Shown piece after piece: positions 28,698 through 37,732 of a stretch of DNA of 64,000 nt. This DNA is from an uncultured Chloroflexia bacterium (GTDB lineage Bacteria > Chloroflexota > Limnocylindria > QHBO01), in contig CAWHEV010000009.1 of NCBI GenBank assembly GCA_963828485.1, positions 775,318 through 839,317 of the forward strand, given 5' to 3'. Position 1 is the stretch's first letter, and every line of letters begins with the position of its first letter. Under the pieces are notes generated by a model that was not told where the DNA came from, ran no database searches, and saw only the letters and a program-made list of their open reading frames with translations. The position numbers and the translations under genes were made by a program.

Positions 28698-29285
28698 ATG
28701 AGCACGACGACGTATCCGACCTACAAGCCGCGCGGCGGGATCAACCGGCTGATCGGCTGGTCCGACGACTTCATGAGCTGGCTGCTGTTCGGTCACGAGA
28801 CGTGGCTGATCGCGGTGCTCAAGGCCGTGCCGCTCTTCCTGTTCCTGTACTTCACGCTCTTCTACGTCTCGAACTACATCTACTACCTCGTCACGGTCGA
28901 GATCCCGTTCCTGCGCTTCAGCGAGGACGTCGGATTCCTCATCGCCAACGGAGTGGGCATGACGGCGTTTGCGGTGCTCATCGTCCTGGCCCTGCTGGTG
29001 CAGGCCTCGCGCGGTCGCCGTGGCATCGGCTGGACGTTGATCCGGCTCTTCGTCGGCCTCAACTACCTGGCCACCGTGCTGTTCATGATCCCGGTCATGG
29101 CATTCAATCTGGCCGGCGGCTCCGTGTGGCCGGTCAACATCACCCTCGAGGCGGTGGCGTTCGGGATGGTCGCAGCTGGCCTGGGGGCGGCGGCCTGCGT
29201 CTACCTGGCCTTCGAGTTCAGGCGGATCACCGGCCGTGAGGCGGCCGCGGCGGCCAGCCGCAGCACCGAGCTCGCCCGCCGCTGA
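28698..29285 (+). CDS. hypothetical polytopic membrane protein (possible extra subunit of the complex)
   Basis: Starts 11 nt after the cytochrome c stop. About five TM helices and no recognisable motif. Confidence 0.5.
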   Translation: MSTTTYPTYKPRGGINRLIGWSDDFMSWLLFGHETWLIAVLKAVPLFLFLYFTLFYVSNYIYYLVTVEIPFLRFSEDVGFLIANGVGMTAFAVLIVLALLVQASRGRRGIGWTLIRLFVGLNYLATVLFMIPVMAFNLAGGSVWPVNITLEAVAFGMVAAGLGAAACVYLAFEFRRITGREAAAAASRSTELARR

Positions 29286-29287
29286 GT

Positions 29288-29620
29288 CGGTCGCTGCTGG
29301 CCCACGTTGCCTGGTCGGGCGTCGTCCTCGCCTGCGCCCTGGTCGTCATCGGCCTCGAGCTGGCGGCTCCGTGCCCGCCCGGCGGACCGCTCGCATTCGG
29401 GGACTGCGACCGTGTTCGGCCCTTCGCGATCGGGGTCGTGGCGCTCGGCGCCGTCCTGTACGTCATCGGCCTCTCGGCCGTTCGCTGGTGGACGGGGGAC
29501 CTCCGTCGCCGGGGCGTCGCCGATGATCGAGCCGCGAGGGACTGGTACCTGCTGGCGGCCGGGCTCGGCCTGCTGATCGCGCCACTCCTGGCGTTCACTC
29601 TCGCATCGGCCCTTCGCTAG
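29288..29620 (+). CDS. small hydrophobic membrane protein (start uncertain)
   Basis: TM-rich frame open from the previous stop. First canonical start is GTG at 29438; an upstream TM helix (SLLAHVAWSGVVLACALVVIGL) lies in the same frame. Confidence 0.3.
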   Translation, partial: RSLLAHVAWSGVVLACALVVIGLELAAPCPPGGPLAFGDCDRVRPFAIGVVALGAVLYVIGLSAVRWWTGDLRRRGVADDRAARDWYLLAAGLGLLIAPLLAFTLASALR

Positions 29621-29629
29621 GATGGGCGC

Positions 29630-31078
29630 ATGACGATCGCCAGCGCCGACGACCTTCGGGCAAGCCTGTCCGGCGTCGCGACCATCACCGATGCCGGTCT
29701 CGCCGTCCATGATGAGGTCGCTCTGCGCGGTGACCTCATGGACGAGCTGGCCTTCGAGGCCGTCTTCAATGCCGATGCCGGCCTGCGCGACGCGGCTCGA
29801 TGGGTGATCTGGAGCGCCTCGCAGGCGATGGGCTGCGGCTCGGCCTCGATCCACGATCTGTACCGCGCTCGGGGCCGCGGCGACGTGCCGCCGGCGGCCT
29901 TCACGGTGCCCGCCGTGAACGTTCGGGCGGCGACGTACCTGACCGCGCGCCAGGCGTTCACGGCCGCGGTCGAACGCGATGCCGGAGCGGTGATCTTCGA
30001 GATCGCCAAGAGCGAGATGGCGTACACCGACCAGCGCCCGGCGGAGTACACCGCCGTCATCCTGGCCGCCGCGATGCGGAGTGGCTGGCGCGGCCCGGTC
30101 TTCCTCCAGGGCGACCACTTCCAGTTCAACGCGACGAAGTGGGCGGCCGACCCGGAGGGCGAGATGGAGGGCCTCCGCGACCTGGTGCGCGAGGCCATCG
30201 GCGCCGGGTTCTTCAACATCGACATCGACAGCTCGACGCTGGTCGACCTCTCGCAACCAACGGTGGCGGACCAGCAGCGGGTCAACGCCGAGAACACCGC
30301 CGAGCTGACGCGGCTGGTGCGCTCGCTCCAGCCCGATGGTGTGACCATCAGCATCGGCGGCGAGATTGGAGAGGTCGGCAAGGCCAACTCGACGGAGGAG
30401 GAGCTGCGCGCCTATGTTGACGGCTACCTGAGCCGGTGCGACGGCGTCGAGCCGATCAGCAAGGTGAGCGTGCAGACCGGCACGTCGCACGGTGGCGTCG
30501 TGCTACCTGACGGCACCGTCGCCAGCGTGAGCATCGACTTCGACACGTTGCGCCGGCTGTCCAGCGTGGCTCGCGACGAGTACGGCATGGCCGGCTGCGT
30601 CCAGCACGGCGCGTCGACCTTGCCGGAGGACGCGTTCAACAACTTCCCCGAGAACGGCACGGCCGAGATTCACCTCGCCACCGGCTTCCAGAACATCCTG
30701 TACGACGACGGCGGCCTGCCGGCGGACCTTCGTGCCGAGATGCTGGCGTGGTGCGTCGCGAACTGCGCCGACGAGCGCAAGGACGGCGAGACCGAGGAGC
30801 AATTCCTGTACAAGACGCGCAAGAAGGCGATCGGGCCGTTCAAGCGCCAGCTGTGGACGCTTCCCGCCGATGCGGCCGACGAGATCGGCTCGAACCTGCG
30901 CTCCCGGTTCGGACACCTGTTCGACGAGCTGGGGATCGCGGGCACGCGCGACCACGTCGAGCGGTTCGTCGTGCCGGTCGCCGTCCCGCGGCCGCTGCCG
31001 GCGGCGCTCGGCGGGGGAGGACCCGCGGCGGTCACCGCCGGGGCATCGGTCTTCGAGGACGACGGCTCTGGGGAGTAG
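29630..31078 (+). CDS. class II fructose/ketose-bisphosphate aldolase family protein
   Basis: LQGDHFQ, ISIGGEIGEVG and QTGTSHGG resemble class II aldolase metal-binding and phosphate-binding motifs. Starts 10 nt after the preceding gene. Confidence 0.55.
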   Translation: MTIASADDLRASLSGVATITDAGLAVHDEVALRGDLMDELAFEAVFNADAGLRDAARWVIWSASQAMGCGSASIHDLYRARGRGDVPPAAFTVPAVNVRAATYLTARQAFTAAVERDAGAVIFEIAKSEMAYTDQRPAEYTAVILAAAMRSGWRGPVFLQGDHFQFNATKWAADPEGEMEGLRDLVREAIGAGFFNIDIDSSTLVDLSQPTVADQQRVNAENTAELTRLVRSLQPDGVTISIGGEIGEVGKANSTEEELRAYVDGYLSRCDGVEPISKVSVQTGTSHGGVVLPDGTVASVSIDFDTLRRLSSVARDEYGMAGCVQHGASTLPEDAFNNFPENGTAEIHLATGFQNILYDDGGLPADLRAEMLAWCVANCADERKDGETEEQFLYKTRKKAIGPFKRQLWTLPADAADEIGSNLRSRFGHLFDELGIAGTRDHVERFVVPVAVPRPLPAALGGGGPAAVTAGASVFEDDGSGE

Positions 31079-31086
31079 GCCTTGGC

Positions 31087-31821
31087 TCAGGCCATGCCGA
31101 CGAGCTTCTGCAGCATCGGCTGATCCGCCAGCACCACCAGGCGCCGCGCGTTCGCCGGCGACAGCTTCGACAGCGCCTCGAGCGCCCGTCCCATCTCGTC
31201 GGGGCCGAGCTCGCCCATCAGCGTCCACAGCCGCGAGACGGCGTCGTCGTCCAGGGTCGAGAGCGCGGCGAAGAGGCCCTCGATGGCGCGCGCGTCTCCG
31301 CGCACGAAGGTCTCGACCCCGTGCTCGAAGCGACGGACGAACTCGAGCAGCGCATCGAGCCGCTCGCCGAGCCGCCGCATCTCCGGATCCGCATCGCTCG
31401 CCGCCGCGCCGTTCGCCTCGGTCGCGCAGCGCTCGATCACCGGCAGCACGGGTGCGGTCTCGCGCTCGCGTCGCCCGGCTGCGACGCGTCGGAACCACTC
31501 CCAATGGTCGTCCACCACGACCCACGCCGCGGCGGCCGGCCCGCGCTGTCCCGAGCGGCGCGGTGCGGTCGCCCGCTCGACGAGCCCCCACTCCTCGCAC
31601 TGGCGCAGGGCGAGGCTCGTGGCCCGATGGCTCATGCCCAGCGCCCGACGCACCTCCGGCTCGGACAGGGGTCCGTCGCTGACGAGCAGGTAGCCCTGGA
31701 CGGTGGCCGTGGATGGGGCGACGCCCCACGCGGCGCCGATCTCGCCCCAGGCTCCGGCGAACGACCGTCGGAGCTCCTCGGCGGCCGAGCCGAGCTCGGT
31801 AGCGACAAACGTGCTACTCAC
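31087..31821 (-). CDS. winged-helix transcriptional regulator (MarR/GbsR-like)
   Basis: HTH region SEPEVRRALGMSHRATSLALRQCEEWGLVER. Confidence 0.45.
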   Translation of the reverse strand: MSSTFVATELGSAAEELRRSFAGAWGEIGAAWGVAPSTATVQGYLLVSDGPLSEPEVRRALGMSHRATSLALRQCEEWGLVERATAPRRSGQRGPAAAAWVVVDDHWEWFRRVAAGRRERETAPVLPVIERCATEANGAAASDADPEMRRLGERLDALLEFVRRFEHGVETFVRGDARAIEGLFAALSTLDDDAVSRLWTLMGELGPDEMGRALEALSKLSPANARRLVVLADQPMLQKLVGMA

Positions 31822-31905
31822 GCAAGCATGTTAGCCGAGGCCGCAGGAACCGAGAAGCCCCGGCTGCGGACAGCCGGGGCTTGATCGGGGAGGAGCTTCA
31901 GTCGG

Positions 31906-32331
31906 TCAGTGAGCGCACCCGCCGGCCTTGGCCGGTGAGCCATCGGTGTTGAACGACGAGCCGCACGCACAGCTGCTGACCGCGTTCGGGTTGTTGATCG
32001 CGAAGCCGGAGCCCATCAGCGAGTCGACGTAGTCGATCTCGGCCCCGTCTACGTACTGCTGGCTGAACTGGTCGATGACGACCGGCACGCCGGCGTGATC
32101 CTCGAGCTTGTCGCCATCGTTGAACTTGTCGTCGAAGGCGAGCCCGTAGCTGAAGCCGGAGCAGCCGCCGCTCTTCACGAAGAGTCGGAGGTTCGCATCG
32201 GCCTTGCCCTCGCGGGCACGGAGCTCGAGCACCTTCTTCGCGGCAGCCTCGGTGACCGATACGAGCAGCTCGCTCGAGGGAGCGGGCGAGGTCAGCGAGA
32301 TCGGCTCGCGAGGAGTCTCGGACATCGTCAT
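31906..32331 (-). CDS. Fe-S cluster assembly A-type carrier (IscA/SufA/ErpA family)
   Basis: GGCSGFSY and C-terminal CACGSSF motifs, plus a short N-terminal extension. Confidence 0.75.
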   Translation of the reverse strand: MTMSETPREPISLTSPAPSSELLVSVTEAAAKKVLELRAREGKADANLRLFVKSGGCSGFSYGLAFDDKFNDGDKLEDHAGVPVVIDQFSQQYVDGAEIDYVDSLMGSGFAINNPNAVSSCACGSSFNTDGSPAKAGGCAH

Positions 32332-32744
32332 TGCGGTTCGGTCTCCTGGTCAGGCGCCCCGTGGCGCGTCGGTGTCGGTTTACGCTTCGGAAAGTATAGC
32401 AACCCCCGCCCGTCCGCCTGCAACGGGACTTCCGGCAACTCGGCCCGGTGCCTTGCGGGCTGCAAACGCGGCTCCGATGCTACGGGAGATGCTGGTGGCG
32501 TTGCGTCAGACACCAACGACGATGGCCCATGGCCACCCCGACGCTGGTGGCGCACGCCCCCGAGCCCTTGGTCGAGCGTGAAACGGGCTCCGATGGCGTC
32601 TCCGACGCGGCCGCGTACCGCCTTGGGCGTCCGTGATTGGCAGATGACGATTGCGCATCGACCGGCGCAGGCCCGCACTCACTCGCTGGTCCGGATCCGA
32701 CCGCCCGATCGGTACACTAGGCGTCCCGCACGAGGGACCCACCA

Positions 32745-33944
32745 GTGAAGCTTGCGAGCCGCATGGAGCGCATCGGTACCGAGACCGCCTTCGAGGCGGC
32801 GGCGCGGGCGCGCGCGCTCGAGGCGACCGGGCGCCACGTCATCCATCTCGAGATGGGAGAGCCCGACTTCGACACGCCGCGCAACGTGAGCGAGGCAGCG
32901 GCAAGTGCCCTGCTCGACGACGGCGCCACCCACTACACCGCGGCGACGGGCATCGCTCCACTGCGGGAGGCGATATCGGCCGACGTCAAGCGCTGGAAGG
33001 GGATCGACGCGACCCCCGACCAGGTCGTCGTCACGCCGGGCGCCAAGCCGATCATGTTCTACGCATTGCTCGCCCTGATCGAGGAGGGCGACGAGGTCAT
33101 CTACCCGAACCCCGGCTTCCCGATCTACGAGTCGATGGCCCGTTACGTCGGCGGGACCGCCGTGGCCGCGCCCCTTCGCGAGGCCGACGACTTCCGCATG
33201 GACGTCGAGGAGATCGCGAGCCTCATCACGTCGCGGACGAAGCTGCTGATCACGAACTCGCCGCACAATCCGACCGGCTCGATCCTGACCGATGCGGACA
33301 CCCGGCGCCTTGCCGAGCTGGCCGTCGAGCACGACCTCGTCGTCCTGGCCGACGAGATCTACGCGCGGCTCCAGTACGAGGGCGAGCCACTCTCGATCGC
33401 GACCCTGCCCGGCATGGCGGAGCGGACGATCACCCTCGATGGCTTCTCCAAGACCTTCGCCATGACCGGCTGGCGGCTCGGCTACGGCATCGTCCCCGAA
33501 TGGCTGGCACCCGCCTTCAGCCGCCTGGTCATCAACAGCGTGTCGTGCACCAACGCGTTCGCGCAGCTCGGCGCGGTCGAGGCTCTGTCCGGGCCGCAGG
33601 ACGCCGCCGATGCGATGCGCGCCGAGTTCATCGCGCGCCGGCAGCTCATGGTTGACGGGCTCAACGCGATCGCGGGCGTCTCGTGCGTCATGCCTCACGG
33701 CGCGTTCTACACCTTCCCGAACGTGAGCTCCTTCGGACGCAGCTCCAACGAGATCGCCGATCACCTGCTGTACGACGCCGGCGTGTGCGGCCTGTCGGGC
33801 ACCGCCTTCGGGGCGCACGGCGAGGGGCACCTGCGCTTCAGCTACGCCAACTCGCGTGAGAACCTGGCCGCGGCCGTCGAGCGCATCGGCGAGTCGCTGG
33901 CGAAGCTGGAGCGCACCGGCGAGCTCGTCGGGGCATCGGTGTGA
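32745..33944 (+). CDS. PLP-dependent aminotransferase class I (aspartate/aromatic aminotransferase-like)
   Basis: SKTFAMTGWRLGY Lys-PLP motif; NSPHNPTG. Confidence 0.8.
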   Translation: MKLASRMERIGTETAFEAAARARALEATGRHVIHLEMGEPDFDTPRNVSEAAASALLDDGATHYTAATGIAPLREAISADVKRWKGIDATPDQVVVTPGAKPIMFYALLALIEEGDEVIYPNPGFPIYESMARYVGGTAVAAPLREADDFRMDVEEIASLITSRTKLLITNSPHNPTGSILTDADTRRLAELAVEHDLVVLADEIYARLQYEGEPLSIATLPGMAERTITLDGFSKTFAMTGWRLGYGIVPEWLAPAFSRLVINSVSCTNAFAQLGAVEALSGPQDAADAMRAEFIARRQLMVDGLNAIAGVSCVMPHGAFYTFPNVSSFGRSSNEIADHLLYDAGVCGLSGTAFGAHGEGHLRFSYANSRENLAAAVERIGESLAKLERTGELVGASV

Positions 33945-34119
33945 GGAGCATCACCGCCGGGTTCTCCCCTCGGGTAACCAACGGAGATCGAGCTGTCGAG
34001 ATCCGGAGCTCGATCCTCGGCCGATACTCAACGCGGTTACAGACGCCAAACGAGTCAGCGATGCGTCGCCGTTGGTTATCGGTCCGGGTATCGCCAACCT
34101 TCGGCCATAGCCCGAGCCC

Positions 34120-35103
34120 GTGACAAGGCCTCGCGTTCTCGTCACCCGCGTCATCCCCGACGAGGGCCTCGATCCCGTTCGCGAGGCCTGCGACGTCGAC
34201 CTGTGGGAGGACGAACTGCCGCCGCCGCGCGATGAGCTGCTGCGCCGGGTGAAGGGGGTCGACGGCCTGCTGACCCTGCTGACCGACACGGTTGACGATG
34301 AGCTGCTCGATGCCGCAGGCCCGCAGCTCAAGGTGGTGAGCAACTTCGCCGTCGGCTTCGACAACATCGACGTCGCGGCGTGCACGCGGCGAGGCATTCC
34401 GGCCGGCAACACGCCCGGCGTGCTGACCGAGACGACCGCCGACCTCGCGTTCGCCCTGCTCATGGCCGCCGCGCGCCGCATCCCCGAGAGCGTCGCATAC
34501 GTCCGGGACGGGCGGTGGAAGACCTGGGGGCCGATGCTGCTCATGGGCGTCGACGTTCATGGCGCCACGCTCGGGATCGTGGGCTTCGGGCGCATCGGCC
34601 GAGAGATGGCGCGTCGCGGGCGCGGATTCGGGATGCGGATCGTGTACCACGACGTCCACCCGGCCACGCCGGCCGAGGAGGCCGAGCTCGGCGCCCGCCG
34701 CGTCGAGATGGACGAGCTGCTGAGCGAGTCGGACTTCATCAGCCTGCACGTGAACCTGACGGATGAGACCCATCACCTCATCGACGCCGATGCGCTGCGT
34801 GCCATGAAGCCGACCGCCGTGCTCGTGAACACGTCCCGCGGCCCCGTCGTCGACGCGGACGCCCTGACCGATGCGCTGCGCGCCGGCGAGATCTTCGCCG
34901 CCGGGCTCGACGTCACCGAGCCCGAGCCGCTCCCCGCCGACCATCCGCTCGTTGGCCTGCCGAACTGCGTCGTCGTGCCGCACATCGCATCGGCTTCGGA
35001 GGTGACGCGTGGGAAGATGGCGGCGATGGCCGCCGCGAACCTGCTTGCCGGGTTGCGGGGCGAACGCCTGCCAACGCCGATCAACGCCGAGGTCTACGAG
35101 TAG
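34120..35103 (+). CDS. D-isomer-specific 2-hydroxyacid dehydrogenase (glyoxylate/hydroxypyruvate reductase-like)
   Basis: NAD-binding [15 protein letters not shown]; catalytic region ([17 protein letters not shown]). Confidence 0.8.
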   Translation: MTRPRVLVTRVIPDEGLDPVREACDVDLWEDELPPPRDELLRRVKGVDGLLTLLTDTVDDELLDAAGPQLKVVSNFAVGFDNIDVAACTRRGIPAGNTPGVLTETTADLAFALLMAAARRIPESVAYVRDGRWKTWGPMLLMGVDVHGATLGIVGFGRIGREMARRGRGFGMRIVYHDVHPATPAEEAELGARRVEMDELLSESDFISLHVNLTDETHHLIDADALRAMKPTAVLVNTSRGPVVDADALTDALRAGEIFAAGLDVTEPEPLPADHPLVGLPNCVVVPHIASASEVTRGKMAAMAAANLLAGLRGERLPTPINAEVYE

Positions 35104-35107
35104 CGAA

Positions 35108-35338
35108 GTGCCCGACTCCCCGATCAAGCTGCCCGACGTATCGAAGCCGCACAAGTACGAGCATCAGCCGCCGCATCGGCCGTCGCACATGCCGAAGCGG
35201 CTCACGCCGCCTCCCGAGCGATCCGAGCCTCCGGACCTGAGCCTGTTCCTCTACGCCGGGCTGGTGCTGCTGTTGATCCTGGTGCTCCTGGCCATCCCGT
35301 ACGCCATCGGCTACCTGCTCTCGGTCGTGCGCCTCTAG
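35108..35338 (+). CDS. possible small tail-anchored membrane protein
   Basis: GTG start; Pro/His-rich N-terminus and one C-terminal TM helix (LFLYAGLVLLLILVLLAIPYAIGYLL). Confidence 0.2.
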   Translation: MPDSPIKLPDVSKPHKYEHQPPHRPSHMPKRLTPPPERSEPPDLSLFLYAGLVLLLILVLLAIPYAIGYLLSVVRL

Positions 35339-35392
35339 CGGTTTCCGAGCAACCCTTGCCGTCGGACCGACGGCTCCACCCATAGGAGGAAC

Positions 35393-36898
35393 GTGGTGGC
35401 GACCATCATTCCGCGCTGGGAGTGGCGCGCCTTCGGCACCGCATTCGGTCCATCGGAGGACGCGTTTGCCTCGTTGACGCCGACGGGTGTCCAGGAGAGC
35501 GACGAGCTGTACCTGCTGCCGGCGCCCGGCGCCCGAATCGGCGACAACGTCAAGGTCCGGGACGACCTGATGGACATCAAGGTCCTCCGCGAGGTCAATG
35601 CCGACGGCCTCGAGCAGTGGACGCCGGTCATGAAGGCCAGCTTCCCGCTCCCCGCCGCGGGGGTCCGCGCGGTGTTCGAGGCGCTGCGCCTCGAGACGCC
35701 GCCCCTCGTACGCGACTCGTACACGCTTGACCAGTTCACGTCGGACCTCGCCACGACGAGCGGGCTCCGTGCCGTGAACGTCCACAAGCGGCGCGTGCGC
35801 TACTCGGTCGGCGGCTGCACCTCGGAGGTCTCCGATGTCGTCGCCGACGGAAGGCCCATCCGAACCGTGGCCATCGAGTCCGAGGACGCCGCGGCCGTCA
35901 TCGCCGCCGTCCGCTCCGTCGGCCTTGGCGACTATGTCAACACCAGCTATCCGCGAGGAGTCGCCGATCTCATCGATGGGGTGCCGCAGCGCTATGCCGT
36001 GATCGACGTCGGCACGAACTCGATCAAGTTCCACATCGGTGAGCGCCTGGTCGATGGCAGCTGGCGCCGAGTCGTCGATCGCGCCGAGGTGACGCGGCTC
36101 GGCGAGGGTCTGGCGGAAACGGGCGACATCGCGCCCGCGGCCGTCGGACGCGCGGTTGCCGCGATCGCAGCCATGGTCAACGAGGCCCGCGAGCACGACG
36201 TCCGAGCGATCGCCGCGGTCGCCACCGCTGGCATGCGGCAGGCGCGCAACAGCGAAGAGGTCGTGGCGGCGATTCGCGCTGGGGCGGGAGTGAACGTGAC
36301 CGTCATTCCGGGTGAGGAAGAGAGCCGCCTTGCCTACGTGGCTGTCGCGTTCAGTCTCGGCCTTGGCGACGGACCCGTCGTCGTCTTCGACACCGGCGGC
36401 GGCAGCACCCAGTTCACCCTCGGCCACGGAAGCGAGGTTGAGGAGCAGTTCAGCGTCGACGTCGGTGCCGTGCGGTACACGGAGCGGTTCGGGCTCGGCG
36501 GCGCGGTCTCTCCGGAGGTGCTGCGCCAGGTGCGCGATGCGATCTCCGCGGATCTGGCCTCGATCGATGGCCGCGCGAGGCCGGACGCGCTGGTCGGCAT
36601 GGGCGGAGCGCTCACGAACATCACCGCGGTGAGTCACGGCCTGGCCACGTACGACCCCGACGTCGTCCATGGGACCGTCATCGAGCGCGCGGAGATCGAG
36701 CGGCAGATCGAGCTCTACCGATCGCGAGATTCGGATGCCAGGCGCGAGGTCGTCGGTCTCCAACCGAAGCGCGCCGACGTCATCCTGGCAGGAGCGTGCA
36801 TCGTGATGACGGTCATGGACAAGCTCGGCCAGGACACGCTGACAGTCTGCGATCGAGGCCTGCGCCACGGGCTGCTGATGGAGCGCTTCGGCGCCTGA
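35393..36898 (+). CDS. Ppx/GppA-family phosphatase with about 190-aa N-terminal extra domain
   Basis: C-terminal two thirds match Ppx/GppA (VIDVGTNSIKFHIGE, FDTGGGSTQF, ASH-fold). The N-terminal domain (IPRWEWRAFG...) is unassigned and may be CYTH-like. Confidence 0.7.
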   Translation: MVATIIPRWEWRAFGTAFGPSEDAFASLTPTGVQESDELYLLPAPGARIGDNVKVRDDLMDIKVLREVNADGLEQWTPVMKASFPLPAAGVRAVFEALRLETPPLVRDSYTLDQFTSDLATTSGLRAVNVHKRRVRYSVGGCTSEVSDVVADGRPIRTVAIESEDAAAVIAAVRSVGLGDYVNTSYPRGVADLIDGVPQRYAVIDVGTNSIKFHIGERLVDGSWRRVVDRAEVTRLGEGLAETGDIAPAAVGRAVAAIAAMVNEAREHDVRAIAAVATAGMRQARNSEEVVAAIRAGAGVNVTVIPGEEESRLAYVAVAFSLGLGDGPVVVFDTGGGSTQFTLGHGSEVEEQFSVDVGAVRYTERFGLGGAVSPEVLRQVRDAISADLASIDGRARPDALVGMGGALTNITAVSHGLATYDPDVVHGTVIERAEIERQIELYRSRDSDARREVVGLQPKRADVILAGACIVMTVMDKLGQDTLTVCDRGLRHGLLMERFGA

Positions 36899-36928
36899 GG
36901 CACGGTCCCTCGCCCGGTGCCGGGCTCC

Positions 36929-37732
36929 TCAGGCCTGTGCGGTCCAGACCAGGATGGAGTCGCCCTCGACCTTGATGCCGGGCTTGACCAGGTCGGGCAG
37001 GTCGAGCGGATAGGCCTCCGCGTCACCGCGGTACGCGCCCTCGGCCCGCCACGCGCGGCGGCCGTTCGCCAGCCGACCACTCAGGTCGAACGACGCGCCG
37101 TGGCAGGGACAGCGCAGATCCTGCCAATCGGGCCGGTAGGCCAGCGTGCAGGCCATGTGCGTGCAGACCGATGAGAGCGCGCGGATCGTGCCGGCGTCGT
37201 TGACCACGAAGCCGTCGAACGCGGGCGTGGTGAACCGCAGCGCCGTGCCCTCGGGCACCTCGTCCACGCGCGCGACCTCGGTCCAGAAGCCTTCACCGCC
37301 GACGAGCTGCTCGTCCTCCCAGTCGTCGCCGGACCGCTCGGTGCCGGAGCGCAGCGCGACGCCGATGACGCCGGCCGCCATGCCGGCCGCGGCCCCCAGT
37401 CCGGCCTGGAGGACCTGGCGTCGCGAGAGGCGCCACGTGCTCGAGCCGGCCGGGCCGGGCTGCTCGCGGACGGGAGGCGGCTCGGTGACCGACGCGATGC
37501 CCGCATCGGCCTCGCGCATCCGGAGCCGGAGCTGCTCCACGAATGCCGGGTCGGGCTCAGCGATGTCGGGGGGCTGGGCCCCGGCGGCGAGCTCGGCCGC
37601 GGTGCGGGCCATCTCCGCCTCGTCGCGATCCTCGACCGCATCCGGCGAGGGCCGGCCGTCGCCGAGCAGCGCCTCGAGGTACCCGTCGAAGCGCTCGGCG
37701 GCGTCGTTCAGGCGGCGGTCGTCATCAGCCAT
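36929..37732 (-). CDS. anti-sigma-factor-like membrane protein with extracytoplasmic Rieske [2Fe-2S] domain
   Basis: Overlaps the upstream ECF sigma gene by 8 nt. Cytoplasmic N-terminus, internal twin-Arg/TM segment (SRRQVLQAGLGAAAGMAAGVIGVAL), then Rieske boxes CTHMAC and CPCHGASF. Confidence 0.6.
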   Translation of the reverse strand: MADDDRRLNDAAERFDGYLEALLGDGRPSPDAVEDRDEAEMARTAAELAAGAQPPDIAEPDPAFVEQLRLRMREADAGIASVTEPPPVREQPGPAGSSTWRLSRRQVLQAGLGAAAGMAAGVIGVALRSGTERSGDDWEDEQLVGGEGFWTEVARVDEVPEGTALRFTTPAFDGFVVNDAGTIRALSSVCTHMACTLAYRPDWQDLRCPCHGASFDLSGRLANGRRAWRAEGAYRGDAEAYPLDLPDLVKPGIKVEGDSILVWTAQA

